Shown here one piece after another: positions 1 to 12,100 of a DNA stretch of 64,000 bases. Below the pieces are notes generated by a model that was not told the origin of the DNA, ran no database searches, and worked only from the letters and a program-made list of their open reading frames with translations. The first letter of the stretch is position 1. The number at the start of each line of letters is the position of its first letter. Location: the NCBI RefSeq assembly GCF_009914755.1, contig NC_060931.1; one strand, written 5' to 3'. The position numbers and the translations under genes were made by a program. Source of the DNA: the human T2T-CHM13v2.0 reference genome, Homo sapiens.

Positions 1-3000
1 TGAAACTAGTTGAGGCCAATGGTGAAAAAGTGAATATCTCAGAATAAAAACTAGAAGGAAGTTATCTGAAAAACCACCTGGTTTGGTGTTCATTCAACTC
101 TCAGAGTTATAACATACTTTTCATTCAGCAGTTCTGAAAAACTGATTTTGTAGAATCTGTGAAGGGATATTTGGGGGCGCATTGAGGCCTATGGTGAAAA
201 AGGAAATATCTTCAGATAAAAACAAGAAAGAAGCTTTCTGAGAAACTGCTTCATGAGGTGTGCTCTCATCTCAAACAGATAAACCTTTCTTTTGATTCAG
301 CAGTTTGGAAACACGGTTTTTGCCCTTATGCGAATGGACACTTGTGAGCTCCTTGAGGCCAATGCCATAAAACTGAATATCACAGGACAAAAACTATAAG
401 GAAGCTATCTGAGAAACTGCTTCATGATGTGTACATTCACCTCATAGAGTTAAACGTTTATTTTCACTCAGCAGTTGCTAAACAATGTTTGTGTAGAAAC
501 TGCAAAGGTATATTTGGGAGCACATAGAGGCCTATGGTGAAAATGAAAATGTCTTCAGATATAAATTATAAAGAACCTTTCTGAGAAACTACTTTGTGAT
601 GTGTGCTTTTATTTCACAGAATTAAACCCTCCTCTTGACTCACCTGTTTGGAAACACTGTTTTTGTCTATTGTAAGGGTGGACATTTGGGAGCTCATTGT
701 GGCCAATGGAGAAAAAGCAAATATCCCAAGATAAAAACTGGAAGGAAGCTATCTGAGAAACTGCTTTGTGATGTGGGCATTCATCTCACAGAGTTAAACC
801 TTTCTTTTCATTCATCATTTTGGAAACACTGTTTTCTAGGATCTGTGAAGGGACATTTTCGATCACATATAGGCCTATGTTGAAAAAAATTTTTCAGATA
901 CTAACTAGAAAGTATGTTACTGAGAAACCGCTTTGTGACATGTGCATTTTCTCACAGAGTTAAACCCTTCTTTTCATTAAGTAGTTTGGAAACACTGTTT
1001 TTGTACATTCTGTGAATGGACATTTAGGAGCTCACTGAGGCCAATGGCAAAAAAGGAGTATCCAAGAAAAAAAACAGGAAGGAAGCTGTCTGAGAATCCA
1101 CTTTGTGATGTGCATTCACCTCACAGAGTTAAACCTTTGTTTTCATTCAGCAGTTTGGAAACATTGTTTTTGTAGAATCTGCAAAGAGATATTTGGGAGG
1201 GCATTGAGAGCTAAGGCAAAAAAGCAAACATCCGAGGAAAAAAACTAGAAATAAATTATCTGAGAAATGGCATTATGAAGTGTGAATTCATTTTGCAGTG
1301 TTAAACCTTTATTTTCATTCAGTAGTTTGGAAATGCTGTTTTTGTCAAATCAGCAAAGGGATATTTTGGAGTGCATTGAGGCCAATGGTGAAAAAGAAAA
1401 TATCTTCAGATAAAAAGTAAAAGGAAGCTTTCTGAGAAACTGCTTTTTGGTGTGTGCATTCATCTCACAGAGATAAACTTTCCATTGATGCAGCAGTTTG
1501 GAAACACCAGTTTGTCTTTTCTGTGAGTGGACATTTGGGAGATCATAGAGGCCACTGGAGAAAAAGCAAATATCCAGACACAAAAACTAGAAGGAAACTA
1601 TCTGAGAAAATGCTTTGTTACATATGCATTCACCTCGCAAAGTTAAACCTTTTTTTCATTAAGCAGTTTGGAAACAATGATTTTGTAGAATATGCGAAGG
1701 CATATTTGGGAGCATTTTGAGACCATGGTGAAAAAGAAAATACAGACAAAAACTAGAAAGAAGCTTTCCGAGAAACTGCTTTGACAGGTGTACATTCCTC
1801 TCACAGCTAAACCTCTCTTTCAATAGAGTAGTTTGGAAATACTGTTTTTGTCCATTCTGTGAATGGACATTTGGAATCTCATTGAGACCAATTGTGAAAA
1901 AGTGAATATCCCTGGATAAAAACTAAAAAAAATCTATCTGAGAAACTGCTTTGAGATGTGTGCAATCATCTTGCAGAGTTAAATCTTTCTTTTCAATCAG
2001 CAGTTATCTGCAAAGGGATATTTGGGAGCGCTTTGAGGCCTATGGTGAAACAGAAATCATCTTCACATAAAAACTAGAAAGAAGCTTTCTGATAAACTGC
2101 TTTGTGACGCGTGCATTCATCTTACAGACTTTACCTTTCTTTTTCATACAGCAGTTTGGAAACACTGTTTTTGTCCATTCTGGGAATGGAAATTTGCAAG
2201 CTCATTGAAGCCAGTGGTGGAAAAGCGAATATCCCAGGATATAAACTAGAAGGAAACTATCATAAATAACTTTGTGATGTGTACATTCAGATCAGAGTTA
2301 AACCATACTTTTGATTCAGCAGTTTGGGAACACATTTTTTGTCCAATGTGCAAATGGACAATTGGGAGCTCATTGAGGAAAATGGAAAAAGGGGAATATC
2401 CCAGGTTAAAAACTACAACGAAGCTATCTGAGAAACCATTTTGTCATGCGTGCATTCACCTCACAAAGTTAAACCTTTCTTTTCATTCAGCATTTTGGAA
2501 ACACTGTGTTTGTACGATTGGTGAAGGGATATTTGAGAGTATATTGCACCCTATGGTGAAAAAGAAAATATCTTGAAATAAAAACTAGAAGGAACCTTTC
2601 TGGGAAATCACTTTGTGATGTGTGCATTCGTCTCACAGAGTTAAACCTTTCTTTTGATTCAGCACTTTGGAAACACTGTTTTCATCCTTTCTATGAATGG
2701 TCATTTGGAAGCTCATTGAGGCCAGTGGTGAAAAAGCTAATATCCCAGGATGAAAACTAGAATAAATCTATATGAGAAACCACATTGTGAAGTGTGCATT
2801 TGTCCCACAGATTTAAACCTTTCTTTTTCATAGAATCTGTGCAGGACTATTTGTGTGTACATTGAGGCCTAAGGAGAAGAAGAAAATATCTTCAGATAAA
2901 AACCGGAAAGAAGCTTTCTGAGAAACTGCTTTGTGATGTGTGCATTCATCTCACAGAGTTAAAACTTTCTGTTGATTCAGCAGTTTGGAATAACTGTTTT

Positions 3001-5870
3001 TGTCAATTCTGCAAATGGATGTTTGGGAGCTCATTCAGGCCAAAGGCAAAAAAGGTGAATATCCCAGAATAAAAATTAGAAGAAAGCTGTCTGAGAAACT
3101 GCATTGTGATGTGTGCATTCAACATGCAGCGTTAAACCTTTCTTTTCTTTGAGCAGTTTGGAAACGCTGTTTTAAAGAATCTGCGAACGGATATTTGGGA
3201 GCCCATATAGACCTAGGTTGAAAATATCTTCAGATAGAAACTAGAAAGAAGCTTTCTGAGAAGCAGCATTTTGATGTGTGCATTCATCTCATGGAGTTAC
3301 CACTTTCTTTTGATTCAGTGGTTTCAAAACACAGTTTTTGTCCATTCTGCAAATTGACATTTGGGAGCTCGAGGCCAGTGGTGAAAAAGCATATCCTAGG
3401 ATAAAAACTAGAAGGAAGCTCTCTCAGAAACTGTTTTTTGATGTGTGCATTCATCTCGCAGATTTAAACCTTTCTTTTCCTTCAGGAGTTTGGAAACACT
3501 GTTTCTGTCCATTCTGTGAATGAACATTTGGGAGCTCATGGAGGCCAATAGCAAAAAAGCGAATAACCCTGGATAAAAACAAGAAGGAAGATATCATAGA
3601 AAAGGCATTGTGATGTGTGCCTTCATTTTGCAGAGATAAACCTTTCTTTTCATTCAGCATTTTTAAAACCCTATTTTTGAAGAATCAGCAAAGGGATATT
3701 TGGGAGCACATTGAGGCCTATGGTGGAAAGGAAAATATCTTCAGATAAAAATTAGAAAGAAACTTTATGAGAAACTGCTTGGTGATGTGTGCATTCATCT
3801 CATAGAGTTTCACTTTCTTTCAGTTCAGCAGTTTAAAAATTCTGTTTTTGTCCATTCTGTGAATGGACATTTTGAATCTGATTGAAGCCAGTGGTGAAAA
3901 ACTGAATATCTCAGGAAAAAAATTAGAATGAAGCTATCTAAAAACCCACTTTGTGTTGTGTGCATTAACCTCAAAGAGTTAAACTTTTCTTTTCATTCAG
4001 CAGTTTGGAAACACTGTTTATGTAGAATACACGAAAGAATATATGGGAGCATATTGAGGCCTATGTTGCAAAGGAAAATATCTTCAGATAAAAACTAGAA
4101 GGAAGCTATCTGAGAAACTGCTTTGTGATGTGTGCATTCATCTCACAGTGTTAAAACTTCCTTTTTACTGAGCAATTGGGAAACCCAGTTTTTGCCCATT
4201 CTTTGAATGGGCATTTTGGAGATATTTGAGGCAACTGGTGAAAAAACGAATATCCCAGGATAAAAAATAGAATGAAGCTATCTGAGAAACCCCTTTGTGG
4301 TGTGCACATTCATCTCACACAGTTAAACCTTTCTTTTCATTCAGCAGTTTTGAAAGGCTGTTTTGTAGAATCTTCAAAGTGATACTTGAGAGGGCATACA
4401 CGCCTATGTTGAAAAAGAAAATATCTTCACATAACAAAAATAAGGAAAGTTTCTGAGAAACTCCTTTGTGATGTGTGCATTTGCCTCACAGATTTGAACT
4501 TTTCTTTTCATTCAGGAGTTTGGAAAAACTGTTTTGGGAGAATCTGCAAAGGGTTACTTGGGAGTGCATTGAGGTTATGGTGAAAAAGAGACTGTATTCA
4601 TATAAACAGTAGAAAGCAGCTTTCTGAGAAACTTCTTTGTGATTTGTCCATTCAACTCACAGAGTTAGACATTTCTTTTGACTTAGCAATTTGTAACACT
4701 GTTTTTTTTGTCCATTCTGTGAATGGATATTTGAGAGCTCATTGAGGTCAATGGCAAAAAAAGCAAATATCCCAGGATAGAAATTAGAAGAAAACTATCT
4801 GAGAAACCACCTTGAGATGTGTGCATTCATCTCTCAGAGTTAAACTTTCTTTTCATTCAGCAGTTTGCAAACACTGTTTTTGTAAAACCTGCACAGGTAT
4901 ATTTGGGAGCCCATGGTGAAAAAGAAAATACCTTTATGTAAAAACTAGAAAGAAGCTTTCTGAGAAACTGATTTTTGATGTGTGCCTTCATCTCAGAGTT
5001 AAACCTTTCTTTTCATTCAGCATTATGGAAACACTGTTTATCCAGAATCTGTGAAGGGATATTTGGGAGCACATTGAGGCCTATGGTGAAAAAGAAAATA
5101 TCTTCAGGTAAAAACTGGAACTAAACTTCCTGAGAAACTCCTCTGTGATGTGTGCATTCATCTCACAGAGTTAAACAATTCTCACTCAGCAGTTTAGAAA
5201 CACTATTTTTGCCTACTGTTTGAATGGACTTTTTGGAACTTATTGAGGCTAATGACAAAAAAGCAAATATTCCTAAATAAAAACTAGAAGGAAGCTATCT
5301 GAGAAACCACACTGCAATGTTCGGATTCATCACACAGAGTTAAACTTTCATTTTCATTCAGCAGTTTGGAAACACTGTTTTTGTAGTAACTGCAAAGGGA
5401 CATTTGGGAGCACATTTAAGCCTAGGGTGAAAAAGAAAATAAATTCAGATTAAAAACTAGAAAGAGGATTTCTGAGAAACTGATTTCTGATGTGTGCACA
5501 TAAATTGTCTTACAGAATTAAATCTTTCATTTGATTCAGCAGTTTGGAAACACTGTTTTTCTCCATTCTGCAAATGGACATTTGGGTGCTCATGGAGGCC
5601 GATGGCAAATAAGAAAATATTCCCAGAAAAAACTAGAAGGAAACTATCTTAGAATCCTCTTTGTGATGTATGCAGTCATCTCACAAAATTAAACTTTTTT
5701 TTCATTCAGCAGTTTGGAAACACCACTTTTTCCTTTCTGTCAATGGACATTTGGGAGCGCATTGAAGCCAATGGCAAAAAAGCACATATCAAAGGATACA
5801 CACTGGAAGGAAGATGTCTGAGAAACCACTTTGAGATGTGTGCATTCATCTCACAGAATTAAACCTTTCT

Positions 5871-6163
5871 GTTCTCTTTTTAAATTTTACTTTAAGATCT
5901 AGGGCACAAGTGCACAATGTGCAGGTTTGTTACATATGTATACATGTGCCATGTTGGTGTGTGTACCTGTTAAATCATCATTTATATTAAGTATATCTCC
6001 TAATGCTATCCCTGCCCCTCCACCGACCCCATGACAGGCCCTGGTGTGTGATGTTCCCCTTCCTGTGTCCAAGTGTTCTCATGGTTCAACTCGCACCTAT
6101 GAGTGAGAACATGCAGTGTTTGGTTTTCTGTCCTTGTGATAGTTGGCTGAGAATGATGGTTTC
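5871..6163 (-). mobile_element. Old L1PA 3' fragment (roughly L1PA4-PA6-like), ~290 bp, eroded A-tail, no TSD
   Basis: L1 3'UTR/ORF2-end sequence GTGCAGGTTTGTTACATATGTATACATGTGCCATGTTGG...CATGACAGGCCCTGGTGTGTGATGTTCCCC...TTCTGTCCTTGTGATAG. It carries older-type variants (GGTTTG, CTCCTAATG, CAGGCCC) and is more decayed than the other L1s. The subfamily is approximate. Confidence 0.88.
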
Positions 6164-6918
6164 TGCACGAGAATGGTAGAATCTGCACAGGGATATTTGG
6201 GGTTGCATTGAAGCCTACGGTGAAAAAAGTGAACATCCCAGAATGAAAACTAGAAGGAAGCTATCTGAGAAACCACTTTGTGATTGGTTCATTCATCTAG
6301 CAGAATTAAACCATTATTTTCATTCAACAATTTGGAAACAATGCTTTTCTGGATCTGCAAAGGGCTATTTGGGAGAGCATTGAGTCCTATGGTTAAAAAG
6401 AAAATATCTTTACATAAAAACAATAAAGAAAATTTCTGAGAAACTGCTTTGTCATGTGTGCATTCAACTCCCAGAAATAAAAATTTCTTTTGATTCAGCA
6501 GTTTGGAAATACTGCTTTTGTCCCTTCTGTGAGTGGATATTTGGGAGCTTTTTGATGCCAATGGTGAAAAAGCAAATATCCCAGGATAAAAACTAGAAGG
6601 AAACTATCTAGAAACCACTTTGTGATATGTGCATTCATCCCTCAGAGTTAAACCTTTCTTTTCAGTGAGCAGTTTTGAAACAGTATATTTTAGAATCTGC
6701 AAAGGGACTTTTAGGAGTGCATTGAGGACTATGGTGAAAAAAGAAATATCTTCAGATAAATACTAGAAAGAAGCTTTCTGAGAAACTGCTTTGTTATGTA
6801 TACATTCCGCTCACACAGTTACACCTCTCTTTACATGCAAAAACTTGTAAACACTGTTTTTGTCCATTTCTGTGAATGTATATTTGGGAATAACCCCGGA
6901 TGATAATTAGAAGGAACC

Positions 6919-8504
6919 TATCTGAGAAACTGCTTTGTGATGGATGTGGGCATTCATCTCACAGAGTTAAACCTTTCTTTTCATTCAGCAGTTGGAAACA
7001 CTGTTTTTGTCCATTCTGTGAATGGACATTTGGGAGCTCATGGAGGCCAGGGGTTAAGTAGCAAATGTTCCCTGATAAAACTGGAAGGAACCTATATGAG
7101 AAACTGCTTCGGTTATGTGCATACATCACACAGAATTAAACCTTATTGAGGAGTTTGGAAACACTGTTTTTCAGAATCTACAAAGGTATATTTTGCAGTG
7201 CATTGAGGCCTGTGCTGAAAAAGGAAACACCTTCAGATAAACTAGAAAGAAGCTTTCTGAGAAACTGCATTTTTATGTGTGCATTTATCTCACAGTGTTA
7301 AACATTTCTTTTGATTCAGCATTTTGGAAACACTTTTTTTTTTTACATTCTGTGAATGGACGTTTTAGGACTCATTGAGGCCAATAGCAAAAAAGTGAAT
7401 ATCCGTGGCTATTCACTAGAAGGAAGCTATCTGAGAAACTGCTTTGTGATGCATGCATTCACCTCACAGAGTTAAACCTTTGTTTTGATTCTGCTATTTG
7501 GTAACACTGTTTTTGTAGAAACTGTAAGGGAATATTTGGATGTGCATTGAAGTCTATGGTGAAAAAGAAAATATCTTCAGATAAAATCTAGAAAGAAGCT
7601 TTCTGAGAAACTGCTTTGTAATGTGTACATTTATCTCATGAAGTTAATATTTTCTTTTGATTCAATAGCTTAGAAACACTGTTTGTTTCCATTCTGTGAA
7701 TGGATGGATCTCATTGAGTCAAATGGCAAAAATGGGAATATCCCAGGATAAAAACTACAAGGAAGCTAACGGTGAAACCACTTTTTGATGTGTACATTCA
7801 TCTCGCAGATTTAAACCTTTATTTCATTCAGAAGTTAGGAAATACTGTTTTTGTAGAATCTGCAAAGGGCTATTTGGGATCCTGCTGAGGCCTATTTTGA
7901 AAAAGAAAATAACTTCAGATGAAAACTAAAAAGAAGCATTGTGAAACTGCTTTGAGATGTGTGCATGCATCTGACAGAGTTAATCCATTCTTTTCATTCA
8001 GAAGTTTGGAAACAGTGTTTTGTAGAATGTGTGAGAGTATATTTTGAAGTGCATTGAGGCCTATGGTGGAAAAGGAAATATCTTAAGATAAGAACAAGAA
8101 AGAAGCTTTCTGAGAAACTGCTTTTTGATATGTGCATTCATCTCACAGAGTTGAACATTTGTTTTGATTTAGCAATTTGGAAACACTGTTTTTGTCCATT
8201 CTATGAATGGAAATTTGGGAACTCATTGAAAACAATGGGGAAAGTGAATATCCCAGGGTAAATATAGAAGAAGAATATCTGAGAAACTGCTTTGTGATGG
8301 ATGTGGGCATTCATCTCACAGAGTTAAACCTTTCTTTTCATTCAGCAGTTGGAAACACTGTTTTTGTCCATTCTGTGAATGGACATTTGGGAGCTCATGG
8401 AGGCCAAAGGTTAAGTAGCAAATATTCCCTGATAAAACTGGAAGGAAATTATATGAGAAACTGCTTTGGTTATGTGCATACATCACACAGAGTTAAACCT
8501 TATT
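6919..8504 (+). repeat. Dispersed 229-bp near-identical pair (6919-7147 and 8276-8504)
   Basis: 7 mismatches and no indels by manual alignment. Both copies share a private GATGGATG duplication and the TTAAGTAGC variant. Offset is 1357 bp. Confidence 0.9.
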
Positions 8505-9085
8505 TTCTTTCAGCAATATGGAAACACTGTTTTTGTGGAATCTGCAAGGGGATATTTTGGAGCATATTAAGGCATATGGTGAAAAATAAAATATCTTCAG
8601 ATAAAAAGTAGAAAAAAGCTTTCTGAGAAGCTGCTTTGTTATGTGTGCTTTCAACAAACAGAGTTAAACCTTTCTTTTGATTCAGCAATTTGGAAACACC
8701 ATTTTTATCTATTTGGAGAATGGACATTTAGGAACTCTTTGCAGCCAATGGCGAAAAAGTGAATATCCCAGGATAAAAACTAGAAGAAAGTTTTCTGAGA
8801 ACCAGCTTTGTGATGTGAGCATTCATCTCACAAAGTTAAACCTTTCTTTTGATTCAGCAGTTTGGAAACACTGTTTTTATCTATTCAGAGAATGGACATT
8901 TCAGATCTCTTTGAGCCCCAAGGTGAAAAAGTGAATCTCCCATAATAAAAAATAGAAGGAATCTATCTCATAAACTGCCTTGTGATGTGTACATTCACCT
9001 CAAAGAGTTAAACTTTTCATTCAGCAGTTTGGAAAAACTGTTTTGGTAGAATCTGCAAAGGTGTACTTGGGAGCACATTGGGGCC

Positions 9086-9109
9086 AAACTAGAAGTTTCC
9101 TTTTAGTTT
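9086..9109. other. Satellite inversion breakpoint
   Basis: The + orientation monomer ends ...GGGGCC AAACTAGAAG and the - orientation begins TTTCCTTTTAGTTTATATCTGATG. About 30 bp (the TATGGTGAAAAAG..GATA segment) is missing just left of the junction. Confidence 0.92.
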
Positions 9110-12100
9110 ATATCTGATGATACTTTCTTTTTCACCAGAGGTCTCAATGTGCTCCCACCTATCCCTTCGCAGAGACTACAAAAACAGTGATTCCAAACTG
9201 CTGAATGAAAATAAATGTTTCAGTCTGTGGGATGAGTGCACATATCACAAAGCCATTTCTCATATAGCTTCTTTCTAGTTTTCATCCTGGGATATTCACT
9301 TTTTCACCTTTGGCCTCAATGAGCTCCCAAATGTCCATTCACAGAATGGACAAAAATAGTGTTTCCAAACTGCGGAAAGAAAAGAAAGGTTTCAATATGT
9401 GGGATGAATGCGCACATCACAAAGCAGCTTCTCAGATAGATTCCTTCTCATTTTTATCTGGGATTTTTGATTTTTCCCCGTTGGCCTCAATGAGCTCTCA
9501 AATGTTCATTTGCAGAATGGACAAAAACAGTTTCCAAACTGCTATATAAAAAGAAACTTTATCTCTGTGAAATGAATACACAAATCATTAAGAGGTTTGT
9601 CAGAGTGCTTCTTTCTAGTTTTTATCCTAGGATATTCCCTTTTTCACCATTGGCCTCAACAAGCTCCAAATGTCCATTCACAGAATGGACAGTGTTTCCA
9701 AACCAAGGAATCAAAAGAAAGGTTTATCTCTGTGAGATGAATGCACCCTTCACAAAGCAGTTTCTCAGAAAACTTCTTTCTAGTTTTTATCTGAAGATAT
9801 TTTATTTTTCACCATCAGCCTCAATGTGCTCCCAAGTATTGCTTTGCAGATTCTGCAAAAACAGCATTTCCAAACAGCTGAATGAAAAAAAGTTTAACTC
9901 TATGGGATGAATGCATACATCACAAAGTGGTTTCTCAGATAGCTTCCTTGTAGTTTTCATCTGGGCATATTTTCTTTTTCACCATTGGCCTCAATGAGCT
10001 CCCAAATATCCATTCAGAGTATGGACAAACACAATGATTCCAAACTGCTGCATGAAAAGAAAGGTTTAACACTGTGAGATGAATGCACACATCACAAAGT
10101 AGTTTATCAAAAATCTTCTGTCTAGTTTTTATCTGAAGATATTTTCTTTTTCAGCATAGGCCTCAAGGCACTTGCTAATATTCCTTCACAGATTCTACAA
10201 AACAGTGTTTCCAAACTGCTGAATGAAAAAAAAGTTTTAACTCTGTGTGATGAATGCACACATCACAGAGCGGTGTCTCAGATAGCTTCCTTTTCGTGTT
10301 TATCCTGGGACATTCGCTTTTTCACCATTGGCCTCAATGAGCTCCCAAATATTCATTCGGATCATGGACAAACACAGTGATTCCAAACTGCTGCCTCAAA
10401 GGAAATGTTTAAATCTGTGAGGTGAATGCACACATAACAAATTGCTATCTCACATAGCTTCCCTCTGGTTTTTATCTTGGGATATATGCGTTTTTGCCAT
10501 GGGCCTCAATGAGCTCCCAAATGTCCATTCACAGATTGGAAAAACAGTGTTTCCAAACTGCTGAATCAAGAGTAAGGTTTAACTCTGTCAGATGAATGCA
10601 TACTTCACAAGGTAGTTTCTCAGAAACCATCTTTCTATTTTTTATCTAAAGATATTTTCCTTTTCACCATAGGCCTCAAAGCACTTGCAAATATCCCTTT
10701 GTAGTTTGTACAAAAACAGTGCTTCCAAACTGCTGAATGAAAAGAAAGGTTTAAAGGACTTTGTGAGATGAATGGACACTTTGTAAAGCAGCTTCCCAGA
10801 CAGCTTATTGTAGTTTTTTTCCTGGCGTATTCTTTTTCACCTGCAGCCTCAATGAGCTCCCAAATGTCCATTCACAGAAAAGACAATAGCAGTGTTTCCT
10901 AACTGCTGAATCAAAAGAATGTTTTAACTCTGTGAGAAGAATGCACACATCACAAAGCAGTTTCTCGGAAAATTTCTTTTTAGTTTTTATCTGAATATAT
11001 TTTTTCAACATATGCCTCATTACATTCCCAAGTATCCCTTCACAGATTCTACAAAATCAGTTTTTCCAAACTTCTGAATGAAAGGAATGTTTTAACTCTG
11101 TGAGATGAATGCACACATCACAAAGCAGTATCTCAGAAACCTTCTATCTAATTTTTTTTCTGAAGTTATTTTCTTTCTCATCATCAGCCTAAATGTGGTC
11201 CCAGATGTCCATTCGCAGAATGAAAAAAACAGTGTTGAATAAAAAGAAAGGTTTACCTAGGTGCAGTGAATGCAGACATCACAAAGCAGTTTATCAGAAA
11301 GCTTCTTCATAGTTTCTATAATGGGACATTCGATTTTTCACCATTGGACTCAATGAGCTCCCAAATATCCATTCAAACAATGGACAAAAATGGTATTTCC
11401 AAACTGCTGAATGAAAAGAAAGTTTTAACTCTGCCAGATGAATGCATACATTGCAAGTCTGTTTCTCAGATAGCTTCCTTCTAGTTTTTATCCTGGTATA
11501 TTCGTTGTTTCTCCATTGGTCTCCATGAGCTCCAAAATGTCCACTCACAGAATGGAAAAAGAAAGTGTTTCCAAACCACTGAATCAAAAGAAAATTTTAA
11601 CTATGTGTGATGAATTCACATATCACAAAACAGTTTCTCAGAAAGTTTTTTCCAGTTTTTATCTGAGGGTATTTTGTTTTTCACCATAGGCTTCAATGCA
11701 CTCTGAAATATCCCCTTGCAGATTCTTCAAAAACAGTGCTTCCAAACTGCTGAATGAAAAAAAAAGGTTTAAATCAGGGAGATGAATGCACATATAATGA
11801 AGCAGTTTCTCACATTTCTTCTTTCAAATTTTTAGCTGAAGAGATTTTCTTTTTCATCACAGACCCCAATGTGCTCCAAAATATAACTTCAAAGATAATA
11901 CAAAAACAGTGTTTCCAAACAGCTGAATTAAAAGAGATGTTTACCTCTACGAGATGAATACACACATCAAAAAGCAGTTTCTCAGATTTCTTCCTCTTAG
12001 TTTTTATCCTGGGACATTTGCCTTTTCACCATTGACCTCAATAAGCTCCCAAATGTCCATTCACTGAACAGATAAAAGAGTGTTTCCAAACTTCTGAATC

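Larger units (their letters stand above)
1..9095 (+). repeat. Divergent alpha satellite array, block 1 (conventional orientation), two-type ~343 bp dimeric ancestry; interrupted by an L1 fragment at 5871-6175
   Basis: The alphoid motif CTGCTTTGTGATGTGTGCATTCATCTCACAGAGTTAAACC recurs throughout. Homologous CTAGAA positions fall at 51, 223, 394, 566 and 738 (spacing 172/171/172/172). Type 1 monomers (GTAGAATCTGC..GGCCTATGGTGAAAAAG..CTTCAGATA) alternate with type 2 (GTCCATTCTGTGAATGGAC..GGCCAATGG..CCCAGGATA). Confidence 0.97.

Noticed and set aside
8500-9800. Recent large palindrome (inverted duplication) around the inversion
   Set aside because: The arms share only generic monomer similarity and differ in monomer-type order.
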